Counted from the stretch's first letter, positions 1-8,844 are shown. The stretch: DNA of 32,000 nucleotides from Methylophaga frappieri (GCF_000260965.1 NC_017856.1:540001-572000); one strand, 5' to 3'. Made by a program: numbers and translations. Notes: a model not told the origin generated them from the sequence alone.

Positions 1-1049
1 TGCTTATCTTCGTCGGTGGGAGCCTCACAGATTCGACGAATATCCTGATACATGGCAAACCCCAGCGTATAGGGGTTGATACCGCTATACCAAGGGCTAT
101 CAAACGGAGGTTGGTAGGTAACAGCAGTATGAGATTGTAGAAACTCAATCATAAACCCATCGGTCACTAACCCTTTATCATAAAGTCGATTAAGAATGGT
201 GTAGTGCCAGAATGTCGCCCAGCCCTCGTTCATCACTTGTGTTTGTCTTTGGGGGTAAAAGTACTGCGCTATTTTACGCACTATTCTGACAATTTCTCGT
301 TGCCAAGGCTCCAGTAACGGTGCGTTTTTCTCAATAAAGTAGAGCAAGTTTTCTTGCGGCTCTTTGGGGAACCTGTTCTGCTCACCGGGTTTCTCTTTCC
401 CTTTTTTTGTCGGGAGAGTAAGCCAAAGCTCGTTGACTTGCTGTTGCAGGTATTCCTCTCGTTCTTGCTGACGGTTTTTTTCTTCTGCTGCAGAGATGGG
501 GGGTGGGCGTTTATAGCGGTCTACCCCGTGGTTCATAATCGCATGGCAAGAGTCCAGAAACTTCTCAACGGTTTCAACTCCGTGGCGCTGTTCGCATTTA
601 GAAATATAGTTACGAGCAAACAACAAGTAATCGATGATCGCACTCGCATCTGTCCAAGTTTTGAATAGGTAATTCCCTTTAAAAAACGAATTGTGACCAT
701 AGGCCGCATGGGCAATCACCAGCGCCTGCATGGTGATAGTGTTTTCTTCCATTAAGTAGGCAATACAAGGGTCAGAGTTAATAACAATTTCATACGCCAG
801 CCCCATCTGACCACGCTGATAGCGCTTAGACGTGTTTAAAAACTGTTTGCCGAAAGACCAGTGATGATAACCCACAGGCATACCGACAGAAGAGTAGGCA
901 TCCATCATTTGCTCAGCGCTAATCACCTCGATCTGATTTGGGTAGGTATCGAGCTTGAATTCCTTGGCGATTTTGGCAATCTCTTTATCGTATTGCTCTA
1001 TAAGCTCAAAGGTCCATTCTGACCCTGATGAAATAGGCTGTTGGTTCAT
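1..1049 (-). CDS. ycgB: SpoVR family protein (YcgB-like), N-terminal ~349 aa; C-terminus lies beyond the window start
   Basis: Not in the ORF track because it is open at the window edge. I translated the minus strand by hand from ATG at 1049..1047: MNQQPISSGSEWTFELIEQYDKEIAKIAKEFKLDTYPNQIEVISAEQMMDAYSSVGMPVGYHHWSFGKQF...QVMNEGWATFWHYTILNRLY. It stays open to base 1. YPNQIEVI..AEQMMDAY and MNEGWATFWHY are SpoVR/YcgB hallmarks. Confidence 0.85.
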   Translation of the reverse strand, partial: MNQQPISSGSEWTFELIEQYDKEIAKIAKEFKLDTYPNQIEVISAEQMMDAYSSVGMPVGYHHWSFGKQFLNTSKRYQRGQMGLAYEIVINSDPCIAYLMEENTITMQALVIAHAAYGHNSFFKGNYLFKTWTDASAIIDYLLFARNYISKCEQRHGVETVEKFLDSCHAIMNHGVDRYKRPPPISAAEEKNRQQEREEYLQQQVNELWLTLPTKKGKEKPGEQNRFPKEPQENLLYFIEKNAPLLEPWQREIVRIVRKIAQYFYPQRQTQVMNEGWATFWHYTILNRLYDKGLVTDGFMIEFLQSHTAVTYQPPFDSPWYSGINPYTLGFAMYQDIRRICEAPTDEDK

Positions 1050-1316
1050 GTTCAACCCCATCTTTTGAACAATTATTCATAAAGTATAGCTCATGGGAAT
1101 AGTCATACTCTCAATTTATTGCAGAGTTAGGATATAGCAACTATTCTTAATGCTATGGATAGAAACCACAGGGAGCTAGTGTTCGTTGTGTAGCGGCTGA
1201 AAGGTTTAGCATCGTATCGAAAAAGTACTATTAGTTAATGATAACGTTGATGGGTGCAGCGACACCGTTGAGTATTTTGAATTGATTTTTCATGCTAAAT
1301 TTTTTGGTAATAGTTT

Positions 1317-2807
1317 ATGAATAAGATTTTTCGCGTTTTTTGGAATTCAAGTTTACAGGTGTGGCAGGCAGTCGGTGAAAATAGTAAAGGTCGTAAAAAG
1401 TGTAAGGTTGGCGCCTCTAAGGCCTCAGGTCGGCTTATTGCTTCTGGTGCTCTGACGCTGTTGAGCGCTAATGTTTTTGCTGCTGACTTACCTACCAATG
1501 GAGTGGTTGTCTCTGGCCAAGTGGCGATCGAACAACAAGCCAACGTGATGAATGTCACCCAGTCTAGCAACAAAGCTGCGGTTAACTGGCAGTCCTTTGA
1601 TGTGGGCAAGAATAATACGGTTAACTTTGTTCAGCCCAGCGCCACCTCAGCCATTCTTAATCGCGTCATTGGCAGCGATGTGTCTAGCATCCAAGGGGCT
1701 ATTAATGCCAATGGTCAAGTCTTTTTAATCAACCCAAACGGCATTTTATTTACTCCTAGCGCACAAGTTAACGTAGGTGCGCTGGTTGCCTCTACGCTTA
1801 ATATTAGCAACGAAGATTTTAACTCCGGCAACTATGTCTTTGCAGGCGATAGTAGCAGCGCCATTATCAACCAAGGCAACATTCAAACCGCTGATGGTGG
1901 TTATGTTGCATTTATTGCCGCCAAAATCGAAAACATCGGCAATATCACGGCCAACAATGGCGAAGTATTGATGGGTGCTGGTGCAAAAGTGACCCTAGAT
2001 ATGGGCGGCCCAGTGAAGCTTGAAGTTGAGCAAGGCGCTATAGATTCACTGATTGCCAACGGCGGCGCGATTCAAGCCGATGGCGGCATGGTGTATTTGT
2101 CAGCAAAAGCCGCTGGCGACTTAGCCTCCAGTGTGATTAACCACACAGGCATTGTTGAGGCGAGCAGTTTAAGCAGTGTGGGCGGTGAAATTATTCTGGA
2201 AGGCGATAACATCAGCTTAGCCGCAGGCAGCGAACTCAATGCCACCGGTGCAACAGGGGGTGGAGACATATTAGTAGGCGGCGATTGGCAAGGCACAGGC
2301 GACATGCGCCAAGCGGTATCCGTTGATATGGCAGCAACGGCCAGCATTGATGCCAGCGCCACGCAATATGGCGACGGCGGTAAAGTGGTATTGTGGTCTG
2401 ATGTTGCTAACGCTGAATCTGTAACCAGCGTTAGTGGCGACATCACAGCCAGTGCAGGTGCAGAAGGTGGTAATGGAGGCAAGGTTGAAACCTCTGGATA
2501 TCTTCTAAAAACAAGTGGAGTAAGCCTTGATTTAACCGCCGAAAAAGGTAGCGGTGGTTTATGGTTATTAGACCCTACTAATATCACTATTTCTGGTTCG
2601 GCTACAACAGCAGGAGCAACACCCTTACCTAATTATGAATCAAATGTTGATAGTTCTAATGTTTTAAATTCTGACATCGTAAACCAGTTAAACTCAGGTA
2701 CGAGTGTAACAATTCAAACAGGAAGTGGAGGCGCTCAAGCGGGAGATATTACCCTCGCTAGCGATATTGTTACCGGTAATATGGCCGGTGATGCAACGCT
2801 TACGTAG
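1317..2807 (+). pseudogene. 5' fragment (496 aa) of a two-partner-secretion exoprotein (filamentous hemagglutinin / CdiA / HecA family)
   Basis: It has an extended signal peptide region MNKIFRVFWNSSLQVWQAVGE. This is followed by a TPS (haemagglutination activity) domain: NGVVVSGQVAIEQ..VTQSSNKAAVNWQSFDVGKNNTVNFVQPSATSAILNRVIG...INANGQVFLINPNGILF. Gly-rich beta-helix repeats come next. Such proteins normally run to thousands of aa; this one stops inside the repeat region at the 2800-2807 junction. No TpsB partner is adjacent. Confidence 0.8.
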
Positions 2808-3654
2808 GCGCGGCTAGGACATAGTTTCTTCCAATAGCCCTAAAGTACTCTGTTAGGCCTTTAGTTATAAATGTCTTACCTGTTCCGGCGTAACCTTTTA
2901 ATAGGAATACGCTTTCTTCCTTATTGCTGAGAAACGAATCGAGCTTATCAACCAATAAACTTTGTCCATCAGTTAAATTGTATTCAGAGAAAGCGTCGTG
3001 AAGTTTAATTAGCTCTCGAGTGTTTTCGGGTGCCAGGTCGAATGTTGATACAGCCCTTGATGATGCTTCCTTGAAATCGGCTAGTTTAACTTGGTCTAGT
3101 TCTTTTTTGAGTTCGAGTGCCTGGTTTTGAGCGATTTGTTCTGATTCTTCAAGTTTCAAGAGCTCTTCTTTTACTTTTTCTAATTGCTCTTCAAGCTCTT
3201 TGTTACTCTGGCTTAGCGCGTTTAGCCCTATATCAGGGTGGCAGGGTTCTATATATGCTGGGTAACTTTCATATGTTGATCCGCTATATGTTTTGAACAT
3301 CCACTGACCGATCAAATATGCATCTCTCAGTAGTGCTAACGCATCATCTGAATGTACGCTTCGGCCATGTGCCGCTTTATTTCCTAACATCCGGATTGCG
3401 TGCAGCTTTTCCACAATATTTTCATCGATTACTTCGATGAAAATATTGGATTTTAGTTTTTCGAAGAACCCATCACTTCGCTCGCAAGGTAAATTTAGTT
3501 CTCTATAGAGGATCCCTACTAACTGTTCAGCAAAGCAACGTAATTTGATAATTGCAGTGTGAGGATCAGTATGTACATATTTCTCAGCGAAATTGGCATG
3601 TTCATATAGTTGAGGCCAGCGGTTTTTTAACAATTCAAAGTTCTTATTGGGCAT
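2800..3654 (-). pseudogene. DUF4145-like N-terminal domain, coiled coil, and the first ~50 aa of a RecD/Dda-type (AAA_30-like) helicase; 3'-truncated
   Basis: The N-terminus (AIIKLRCFAEQLV...LHAIRMLGNKAAHG) fits the DUF4145 pattern. A coiled coil follows (EEQLEKVKEELLKLEESEQ). Then comes LTDGQSLLVDKLDSFLSNKEESVFLLKGYAGTGKTF (Walker A) and VLAAPT, followed by a stop. Helicase motif Ia normally continues APTGxAA. SD AAGGA lies 8 nt before the ATG at 3654. Confidence 0.65.
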
Positions 3655-3715
3655 GCTTAATTCCTTTTATTTCAACCGCTTCTTATCTTCGTGATTCTTC
3701 ATATCAATTGGTTTT

Positions 3716-4123
3716 TTATTTTTTATTATCGCCGTTAAGCGTAAATTCAATAATGTCTTTATGTTTGATGCGACGATGGGTCCCAACTCGATGAAAGGGA
3801 ATTTGACCGCTTTCAAGGAGCTTAATTAGAAATGGGCGTGAGACGTTAAGAACATCTGCAGCTTCTTGGGTTGTCAGTTCAGGTTGCTGTGGTATGACCT
3901 TGACTGAACTTCCATTGCTAATTTCATTTAACGCGTCTGCTAGAAGGCTAATAGCAATTGCGGGCAGTTGAATAATCTTCGGCTCTTCATCATTTCTTAT
4001 AACCTTGATTGAGTAGCTGGATACATTGTCACTTATCAGCTTGCGCAATACCTGTTTCCCTTTGTGTGCTAATTCGATGTCGCTAGCAGAGGGAGGGGAA
4101 TTGACGTTTTTATGTGTTGACAT
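3716..4123 (-). CDS. DNA-binding protein with C-terminal excisionase/MerR-type helix-turn-helix (antitoxin- or regulator-like)
   Basis: The C-terminus LTTQEAADVLNVSRPFLIKLLESGQIPFHRVGTHRRIKHKDIIEF matches the excisionase-family HTH pattern. GGAG lies 6 nt upstream of the ATG. Confidence 0.6.
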   Translation of the reverse strand: MSTHKNVNSPPSASDIELAHKGKQVLRKLISDNVSSYSIKVIRNDEEPKIIQLPAIAISLLADALNEISNGSSVKVIPQQPELTTQEAADVLNVSRPFLIKLLESGQIPFHRVGTHRRIKHKDIIEFTLNGDNKK

Positions 4124-4163
4124 ACTGGCTCCAATGACAAGGCAGAACTTGAGTAATCAATTT

Positions 4164-4186
4164 AAACGAAATAAACGAAATAAACA
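4164..4186. repeat. Tandem direct repeat AAACGAAAT x2.5 in the 244-aa/HTH intergenic region
   Basis: aaacgaaat (4164-4172), aaacgaaat (4173-4181) and aaaca (4182-4186), read directly. It lies about 40-60 nt upstream of the HTH gene start. Confidence 0.6.
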
Positions 4187-4212
4187 ATATATTCGAATCG
4201 TACATTGATACT

Positions 4213-4947
4213 TTATAAACTAACTTGGTTCATTGTTATGCACTGATTAACAACAGAAACTAAAATCTTAGATGATCCACTTGTGGGTATCATAACAAAG
4301 TACATTTTGCTCCCCACATGCTGCCAGAACTCGGCCTCTTGGGCATATTTTTTTGCTTTTTGGATAGCGACGTTTTCTGGCAACTGAGTTTTAGTTAGCC
4401 CCGAACATAGCAGCTTTGAGCACAAAGCCTTCCAAGGATGCTTAGGTACACCGTCTGAAAGCCGTTCCACAAACCGTTCCAGTGCATGACGAGTCACCAC
4501 GACAGGTCCAATGTTCGGAACGTTGATTACCTCATCGATTTCTCTCACGGTAGCATTATCGACGATGTATTCTTCGAAGGAATGTGAGAGCCAATCGTCC
4601 CGCTTCTCTACCGAGATCTGTGCTTCCTGGTATCGAGTGAGCAAGAACCTAGTCAGGCTGTAAAGTGAATGCTGAGTTGAGCGTTGTTTCTGTAACTTTT
4701 TGATGGCTCCTTTACTGACTCGGATTTGAAGCCCATTGCCGCTTCGGTTACTCCCCATCACCTCTTTCACTGACAATAGGTGGTGAATCGCATAGAGCTC
4801 AGCTGCAATTGGCTTTTGCTGCTCAGGTAGCTTGTCGTATTGCTCACCTAAATCGACCTTTAGCTCACCACCTCTTCGAAGGCCGGTCTTCCAGTAAACC
4901 GTAAACTCACCATCAATCTGCTTTGTTAACAGGGTTAATACCATCAT
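4213..4947 (-). CDS. Hypothetical protein (244 aa), no recognisable family
   Basis: Long ORF with ATG start and SD AGGAGA about 7 nt upstream. It is the first gene after the operon terminator at 5011..5033. The segment VVVTRHALERFVERL is faintly reminiscent of DUF4258-type small toxin folds, but this is not supportable. Confidence 0.55.
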   Translation of the reverse strand: MMVLTLLTKQIDGEFTVYWKTGLRRGGELKVDLGEQYDKLPEQQKPIAAELYAIHHLLSVKEVMGSNRSGNGLQIRVSKGAIKKLQKQRSTQHSLYSLTRFLLTRYQEAQISVEKRDDWLSHSFEEYIVDNATVREIDEVINVPNIGPVVVTRHALERFVERLSDGVPKHPWKALCSKLLCSGLTKTQLPENVAIQKAKKYAQEAEFWQHVGSKMYFVMIPTSGSSKILVSVVNQCITMNQVSL

Positions 4948-5010
4948 GTTTGTTTCTCCTATTGGTTATCTTTTTTTCATTCTCCATGTTTTTTCAAATA
5001 TGCAAGGCGC

Positions 5011-5033
5011 AAAAAAAGGGGCCGAAGCCCCTT
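5011..5033 (-). terminator. Rho-independent terminator ending the long minus-strand operon
   Basis: The minus strand reads AAGGGGC-TTCG-GCCCCTT followed by TTTTTTT. It begins 3 nt after the TGA stop of the primase-like gene (5037..5039). Confidence 0.85.
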
Positions 5034-5036
5034 GGA

Positions 5037-6104
5037 TCAGATATGAACTTTCGGAAAGCCCATGGCTCCGTAAACATTCAGCACATCATTCCAATCCCAA
5101 CTTTTCACGCCGAGTGACGTTGGTATCGGGGGGATCAGGACTTGTGTCAGAATGCCTTTTTGCCAGGCTTTTTTCTTGAGTTCATTCGCTGCATTCAGGC
5201 CGGTCTCAGAGAGATCGTGATCTGCCCAGATGTACAGCATTTTCACATTACTTGGTGGTTCAAACCTAGCCAGTAGGGTTGCATTCACAACCGACCAACA
5301 TGTTTGTCCCGTTGCTCTGGTAACCGCTAAAGCTGTTTCGATGCCTTCAGAAACACCTAATACTTCACCAGGCTCACCAATCGGAATGGCACCGCCAGTG
5401 ATTGTTCTGTCACTTGGTATGGGCATCATCTTTTTAGGCTTTTCAACCGGCGCTTTGAATCCATCTTCACTTAGGTAGATCCGATGAAACGTGGCCGAAC
5501 GCCCTTGCTGAGTAACGATTTTACCTAGCAGCGCTGGGTAGCTATCGATAAACAGACCATCTTCATCATGGTAAGGCAAGTTTGGATGAAACCTCAGCAC
5601 CGAATCCCATTCAGGACGTACCCGCGTAACAATGCCACGACGATGCAAGTAGTTCCAAACCGGTTGCGCACGAGTACCTGCAAGGGATAACGTTTCTCCC
5701 CAGGTTTGATTCAAGCGATGGATAATCGCTTTGTCCTCTTCCTGCTTTTTAGTCTTCCAGTCAACAGCGTTACTCGGTATTACCCGAGTTGGTACTTGTC
5801 CGGGTTGAATGCCTAGAACTTGACCGATTGCTTCAATAGACTGAGCAAAGTTCCATCCATTAATCCAAGACAACAGTTCAAAACCATCATGAAAGATACC
5901 GCAGGTGTTACAAACGCCACCTCCGGTATATTCAGCATCTTTGAACAGCCTAAAGCCATCACGACCGCCATGAACAGGACAAGCCACATGACGGCCTTTT
6001 CGAGCAATAGCGGCATCAAGTTCTGGCACCAATGCCGCCAAGACTTGAAGCCATTGGCCATTAAGATATGGCCTTACTGTTTCAATCTGTAAAGGTAACG
6101 CCAT
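5037..6104 (-). CDS. Primase-like protein: P4-alpha-type zinc ribbon plus Toprim domain
   Basis: Zinc ribbon: HVACPVHGGRDGFRLF...GGGVCNTCG. Toprim motifs: LGVSEGIETALAV (conserved Glu) and IWADHDLSETGLNAA (DxD). SD AAGGAGG precedes the ATG at 6104. Confidence 0.7.
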   Translation of the reverse strand: MALPLQIETVRPYLNGQWLQVLAALVPELDAAIARKGRHVACPVHGGRDGFRLFKDAEYTGGGVCNTCGIFHDGFELLSWINGWNFAQSIEAIGQVLGIQPGQVPTRVIPSNAVDWKTKKQEEDKAIIHRLNQTWGETLSLAGTRAQPVWNYLHRRGIVTRVRPEWDSVLRFHPNLPYHDEDGLFIDSYPALLGKIVTQQGRSATFHRIYLSEDGFKAPVEKPKKMMPIPSDRTITGGAIPIGEPGEVLGVSEGIETALAVTRATGQTCWSVVNATLLARFEPPSNVKMLYIWADHDLSETGLNAANELKKKAWQKGILTQVLIPPIPTSLGVKSWDWNDVLNVYGAMGFPKVHI

Positions 6105-6150
6105 ATAACCTCCTTAAGTAAAATGCCAACTCCTACCACTGGTGGTAAAA
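6105..6150 (-). repeat. Partial copy of the intercistronic element (ACCACC palindrome only) upstream of the primase-like gene
   Basis: The mRNA strand reads TTTTACCACCAGTGGTAGGAG...TTAAGGAGGTTATATG. It shares the ACCACC box but lacks the CCC..GGG bipartite stem. Confidence 0.35.
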
Positions 6151-6194
6151 GTCAGCTTGGGTCCTGCATTAGCCGTTCGGTTAATACAGGATCG

Positions 6195-6536
6195 TTAGTC
6201 AAGCTGGATACCATGTCGTCTTAATAGCCACATGATGGAATCACGAAGCACATCAGGATCGACAACCGCAGCCATTGCGCAAACACGAAAGCAAAATGGC
6301 GCAATTTCGTCATTTTGAATCCACGACAACACATCCTTTCGCAATCGAGTACTGACACGACCGTCTAGCAATACACGGATCGCATCCAATAGAATGCCTT
6401 CGCGTAACTGCCAGATTTCCGCGTCAGACCAAGTGACTGGGGCATCATCAAACTCAAATAGAAATTCGAGCTGTGATGATGTGTGATGATGGGACTGCTT
6501 TTGTGATGTAGGAGAATGGGCAATACGCCCATTCAT
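6195..6536 (-). CDS. Hypothetical protein (113 aa), translationally coupled to radC
   Basis: Its ATG (6536..6534) overlaps the radC TAA stop by 1 nt (TAATG). No motif was recognised. Confidence 0.5.
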   Translation of the reverse strand: MNGRIAHSPTSQKQSHHHTSSQLEFLFEFDDAPVTWSDAEIWQLREGILLDAIRVLLDGRVSTRLRKDVLSWIQNDEIAPFCFRVCAMAAVVDPDVLRDSIMWLLRRHGIQLD

Positions 6537-7033
6537 TAAAGATAACCGCGTTCGGCAAGCGAAACGCAGCCCTCGGATGCGACCACGACATGGTCAAGCG
6601 TTCGAATATCAACAAGTGACAAGGCGTCACGGAGTCGATGAGTAATGCGTTTATCAGCTTCACTTGGCTCAGGATCACCCGATGGATGGTTATGAACCAG
6701 TATCACTGCTGCCGCATTAAATTCTAGCGCTCGCTTTGTTACTTCCCTTGGATACACGCTCGCTGCATCTAAAGTGCCTTTGAACAGCTCTTCAAATCGA
6801 ATAACGCGATGCTTTGTATCAAGAAACAGCACGCCAAAGACTTCGTGCTCATACTCGTGCATCAGTGTTTGCAGGTATGAGAACGCCGACGATGGCTGTT
6901 CAATTTTTCGACCTTTACTCAATCGACCACGGGCAAGCTTGAGCGCCATATCTAAGATATCCGCTTCAGTCACTTGCTCAGGAACGATATAAGTACCGGC
7001 TTCTTCGCCAGCTAAGAACTTTTTGTTTTTCAT
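6536..7033 (-). CDS. radC: RadC-like JAB/MPN domain protein
   Basis: JAMM motif VHNHPSGDPEPSEAD, plus typical RadC context (EHEVFGVLFLDTKHRVI...LFKGTLDAASVYPREV). Confidence 0.85.
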   Translation of the reverse strand: MKNKKFLAGEEAGTYIVPEQVTEADILDMALKLARGRLSKGRKIEQPSSAFSYLQTLMHEYEHEVFGVLFLDTKHRVIRFEELFKGTLDAASVYPREVTKRALEFNAAAVILVHNHPSGDPEPSEADKRITHRLRDALSLVDIRTLDHVVVASEGCVSLAERGYL

Positions 7034-7107
7034 AGGAGTCTCCCCAAAAAAAAAGCGGAGACGAACCCATGCCCTGAAGGGGACGGAATCGTCCCCGCAG
7101 GGTGGTA
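7034..7107 (-). repeat. Intercistronic two-hairpin element (copy I), upstream of radC
   Basis: mRNA strand: TTACCACCCTGCGGGGACG-attc-CGTCCCCTTCAGGG, then GTCTCC-GCTTTTTTTTTGG-GGAGAC-TCCTATG. The SD sits inside the second stem. Confidence 0.7.
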
Positions 7108-7119
7108 AAATTGATGCGG

Positions 7120-8775
7120 TTACTGAATTAACAGTTGTTGTGTTACTTCGAATAACTCACGCTTCAGATCTTTGACGTCATTAATCACAATGCTTTGAGG
7201 AAAGAATTTCTCAACACTGCGTGTTTGAATCCCGATCCCCAGCAGCTCAAAGCCACTGCGTCTGCACCGGTCAACAATGTCATGCGTGGCAGCCCAATCA
7301 TCTGGGTCACCATCCGTTAGCACTATCATTAGCTTTCGCTTCTGTTTTTGTGCTAACAAACTGTTTGCCGCAAACCACATCGCTTGTGCCATAGGCGTAC
7401 AACCTCGTGGTTTTTGGTCAAAACAGGCGGCCCGATGTCGAACCGATTGCTTGGGCAATAACGCGATAGAAACTTCCTGATGAATACCAGGAAAATAACT
7501 GACCGCAGGTACAACACCCGGTATACCTTCCAATGCCATGGCCAAAGCCAAAGCGGCTTCATTGGCAACATGAAAGTACTTGCGATTACCTTCGCCAATG
7601 GGCTTACCCATTGAGCCCGATATATCGACAAGCAAGTGCACAGCAGCATTGGGCGCAATGCGAGGTTGCCTTTGAATAAACAATCTCGATTCACCTGCTT
7701 GTGAGGCGGCAAGACGATGGGTTGCAACTCGAAGACCGTGCCGTTTAGCATGATTCCGATTGTCCTGACTGGACTGAACCATGCCCCTAAGTCGGGCTCG
7801 AATTTGAGCCGACTCTGACGCCGATAAGGTCAAGATGGCCTCATCACCCAACATAGCTTGCTCTGCTTGGGGCAAACTGAGAGGTGTGACGCCCTGATGT
7901 CCTTCAGCTTGTTCCGACAACACTTCTGCCACTTGGGCAAAGGTATCGGGTTCAAACTGAGCGGCACTGGCCTCTAAGGCTTGTCGCAAATTGTCAGCTT
8001 GATCAGAGTTATCAGAATCACCCGTTTCAGCAGCATCCCCTGTTGCAGACAAACCTGTTTCCGGGGTTTGACTGTCACTACTGTTATTGCTGTCATTACT
8101 CGCATCTTGTCCAATGTCATTACCGCTATCAGCATCCGACTCATCCTGTGGTGGACGAGATTCTTCTTCCAACATGGCAACGATGGCATCGACAAGTTTT
8201 AGCACTTCACCTGTAGACGCCAGGCTAGGCACTGCTGTCAGCATGGCGCTTAACCGGCTCATCGCTGCGGCAGGAAAGAGTTGTCTCACTCTTTCATCGA
8301 CTGCTTGATACAAAGGCGTCAGCGCTTTCTGGCCCAGAAAATGGCATCTCAAGCGAAACAACAACCAGGCTTGCAAGTTAGATGCAGGCTCAAGCTGTTC
8401 AGGTACACACATTTGCTGTGTGTCCACCATGTACTCAATCACTTGCGAAATACTGCGCCGGGTTCCGGGGTAGTCCTTTGCCAATTCGTTTTCAATGCGA
8501 ACATCCTCAATAATATTGAGAAGTGCCTTACGGATCGGCTTGGTCGACGCCTTCTGCACCATGTCAAAATTGGTATGCCGAATATGCGCCGCTTCATGAG
8601 CCAGATAACCCCAAGCTATCTGTTGATAGTGTGGGTCGTCTGGGTTTGCTGTTGGGATCACAATCCGCTCACCATCTGTAAACGCATCTTGTCCTTGAAT
8701 AAGCACCTTCAAACCAAACTTTTCGCCATAAGCGGCGGCAACGATTGGCAGTGCATTTTTTAATGGATGATTCAT
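7120..8775 (-). CDS. vWA-domain protein with N-terminal HExxH metallopeptidase-like domain (CobT-like partner of the CobS-like ATPase)
   Basis: HExxH motif at YLAHEAAHIRH. An acidic S/D/N-rich linker follows (DESDADSGNDIGQDASNDSNNSSDS...). The C-terminal vWA domain carries a MIDAS motif, LLVDISGSM, and later MIVLTDGDPDD. Confidence 0.75.
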   Translation of the reverse strand: MNHPLKNALPIVAAAYGEKFGLKVLIQGQDAFTDGERIVIPTANPDDPHYQQIAWGYLAHEAAHIRHTNFDMVQKASTKPIRKALLNIIEDVRIENELAKDYPGTRRSISQVIEYMVDTQQMCVPEQLEPASNLQAWLLFRLRCHFLGQKALTPLYQAVDERVRQLFPAAAMSRLSAMLTAVPSLASTGEVLKLVDAIVAMLEEESRPPQDESDADSGNDIGQDASNDSNNSSDSQTPETGLSATGDAAETGDSDNSDQADNLRQALEASAAQFEPDTFAQVAEVLSEQAEGHQGVTPLSLPQAEQAMLGDEAILTLSASESAQIRARLRGMVQSSQDNRNHAKRHGLRVATHRLAASQAGESRLFIQRQPRIAPNAAVHLLVDISGSMGKPIGEGNRKYFHVANEAALALAMALEGIPGVVPAVSYFPGIHQEVSIALLPKQSVRHRAACFDQKPRGCTPMAQAMWFAANSLLAQKQKRKLMIVLTDGDPDDWAATHDIVDRCRRSGFELLGIGIQTRSVEKFFPQSIVINDVKDLKRELFEVTQQLLIQ

Positions 8776-8836
8776 GGGAGTCTCCTAATCATTAGGGGGA
8801 ATACTCCCTCAGCGGGAGCGTTTCCCCGCTGGGAAT
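8776..8836 (-). repeat. Intercistronic two-hairpin element (copy H), upstream of the vWA gene
   Basis: mRNA strand: CCCAGCGGGGA-aacg-CTCCCGCTGAGGG, then GGGAGT-attccccctaatgattaggag-ACTCCC-ATG. Confidence 0.7.
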
Positions 8837-8844
8837 GTAAGTGT

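Noticed and set aside
354-715. Track ORFs 354..668 (+) and 533..715 (-)
   Set aside because: They lie entirely inside the hand-translated SpoVR/ycgB reading frame (minus strand, open from 1049 to base 1), which has strong family motifs. These are frame shadows.
1295-2587. Antisense or alternate-frame ORFs within the fhaB-like fragment (1295..1609 -, 1777..1971 +, 2072..2587 -)
   Set aside because: They overlap a frame with clear ESPR and TPS-domain motifs. Their Ala/Pro/Ser-rich translations are typical of antisense reading of Gly/Ala-rich repeat genes.
1050-2810. Search for an att site, prfC fragment, tRNA or integrase marking a normal ICE boundary
   Set aside because: Nothing of the kind is visible. 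The boundary is instead a double gene truncation (see the first finding), so no attL/attR feature is reported.
7990-8160. Acidic S/D/N-rich stretch of the vWA protein as a DNA-level tandem repeat
   Set aside because: It is a low-complexity protein linker. At the nucleotide level there is no regular repeat unit.
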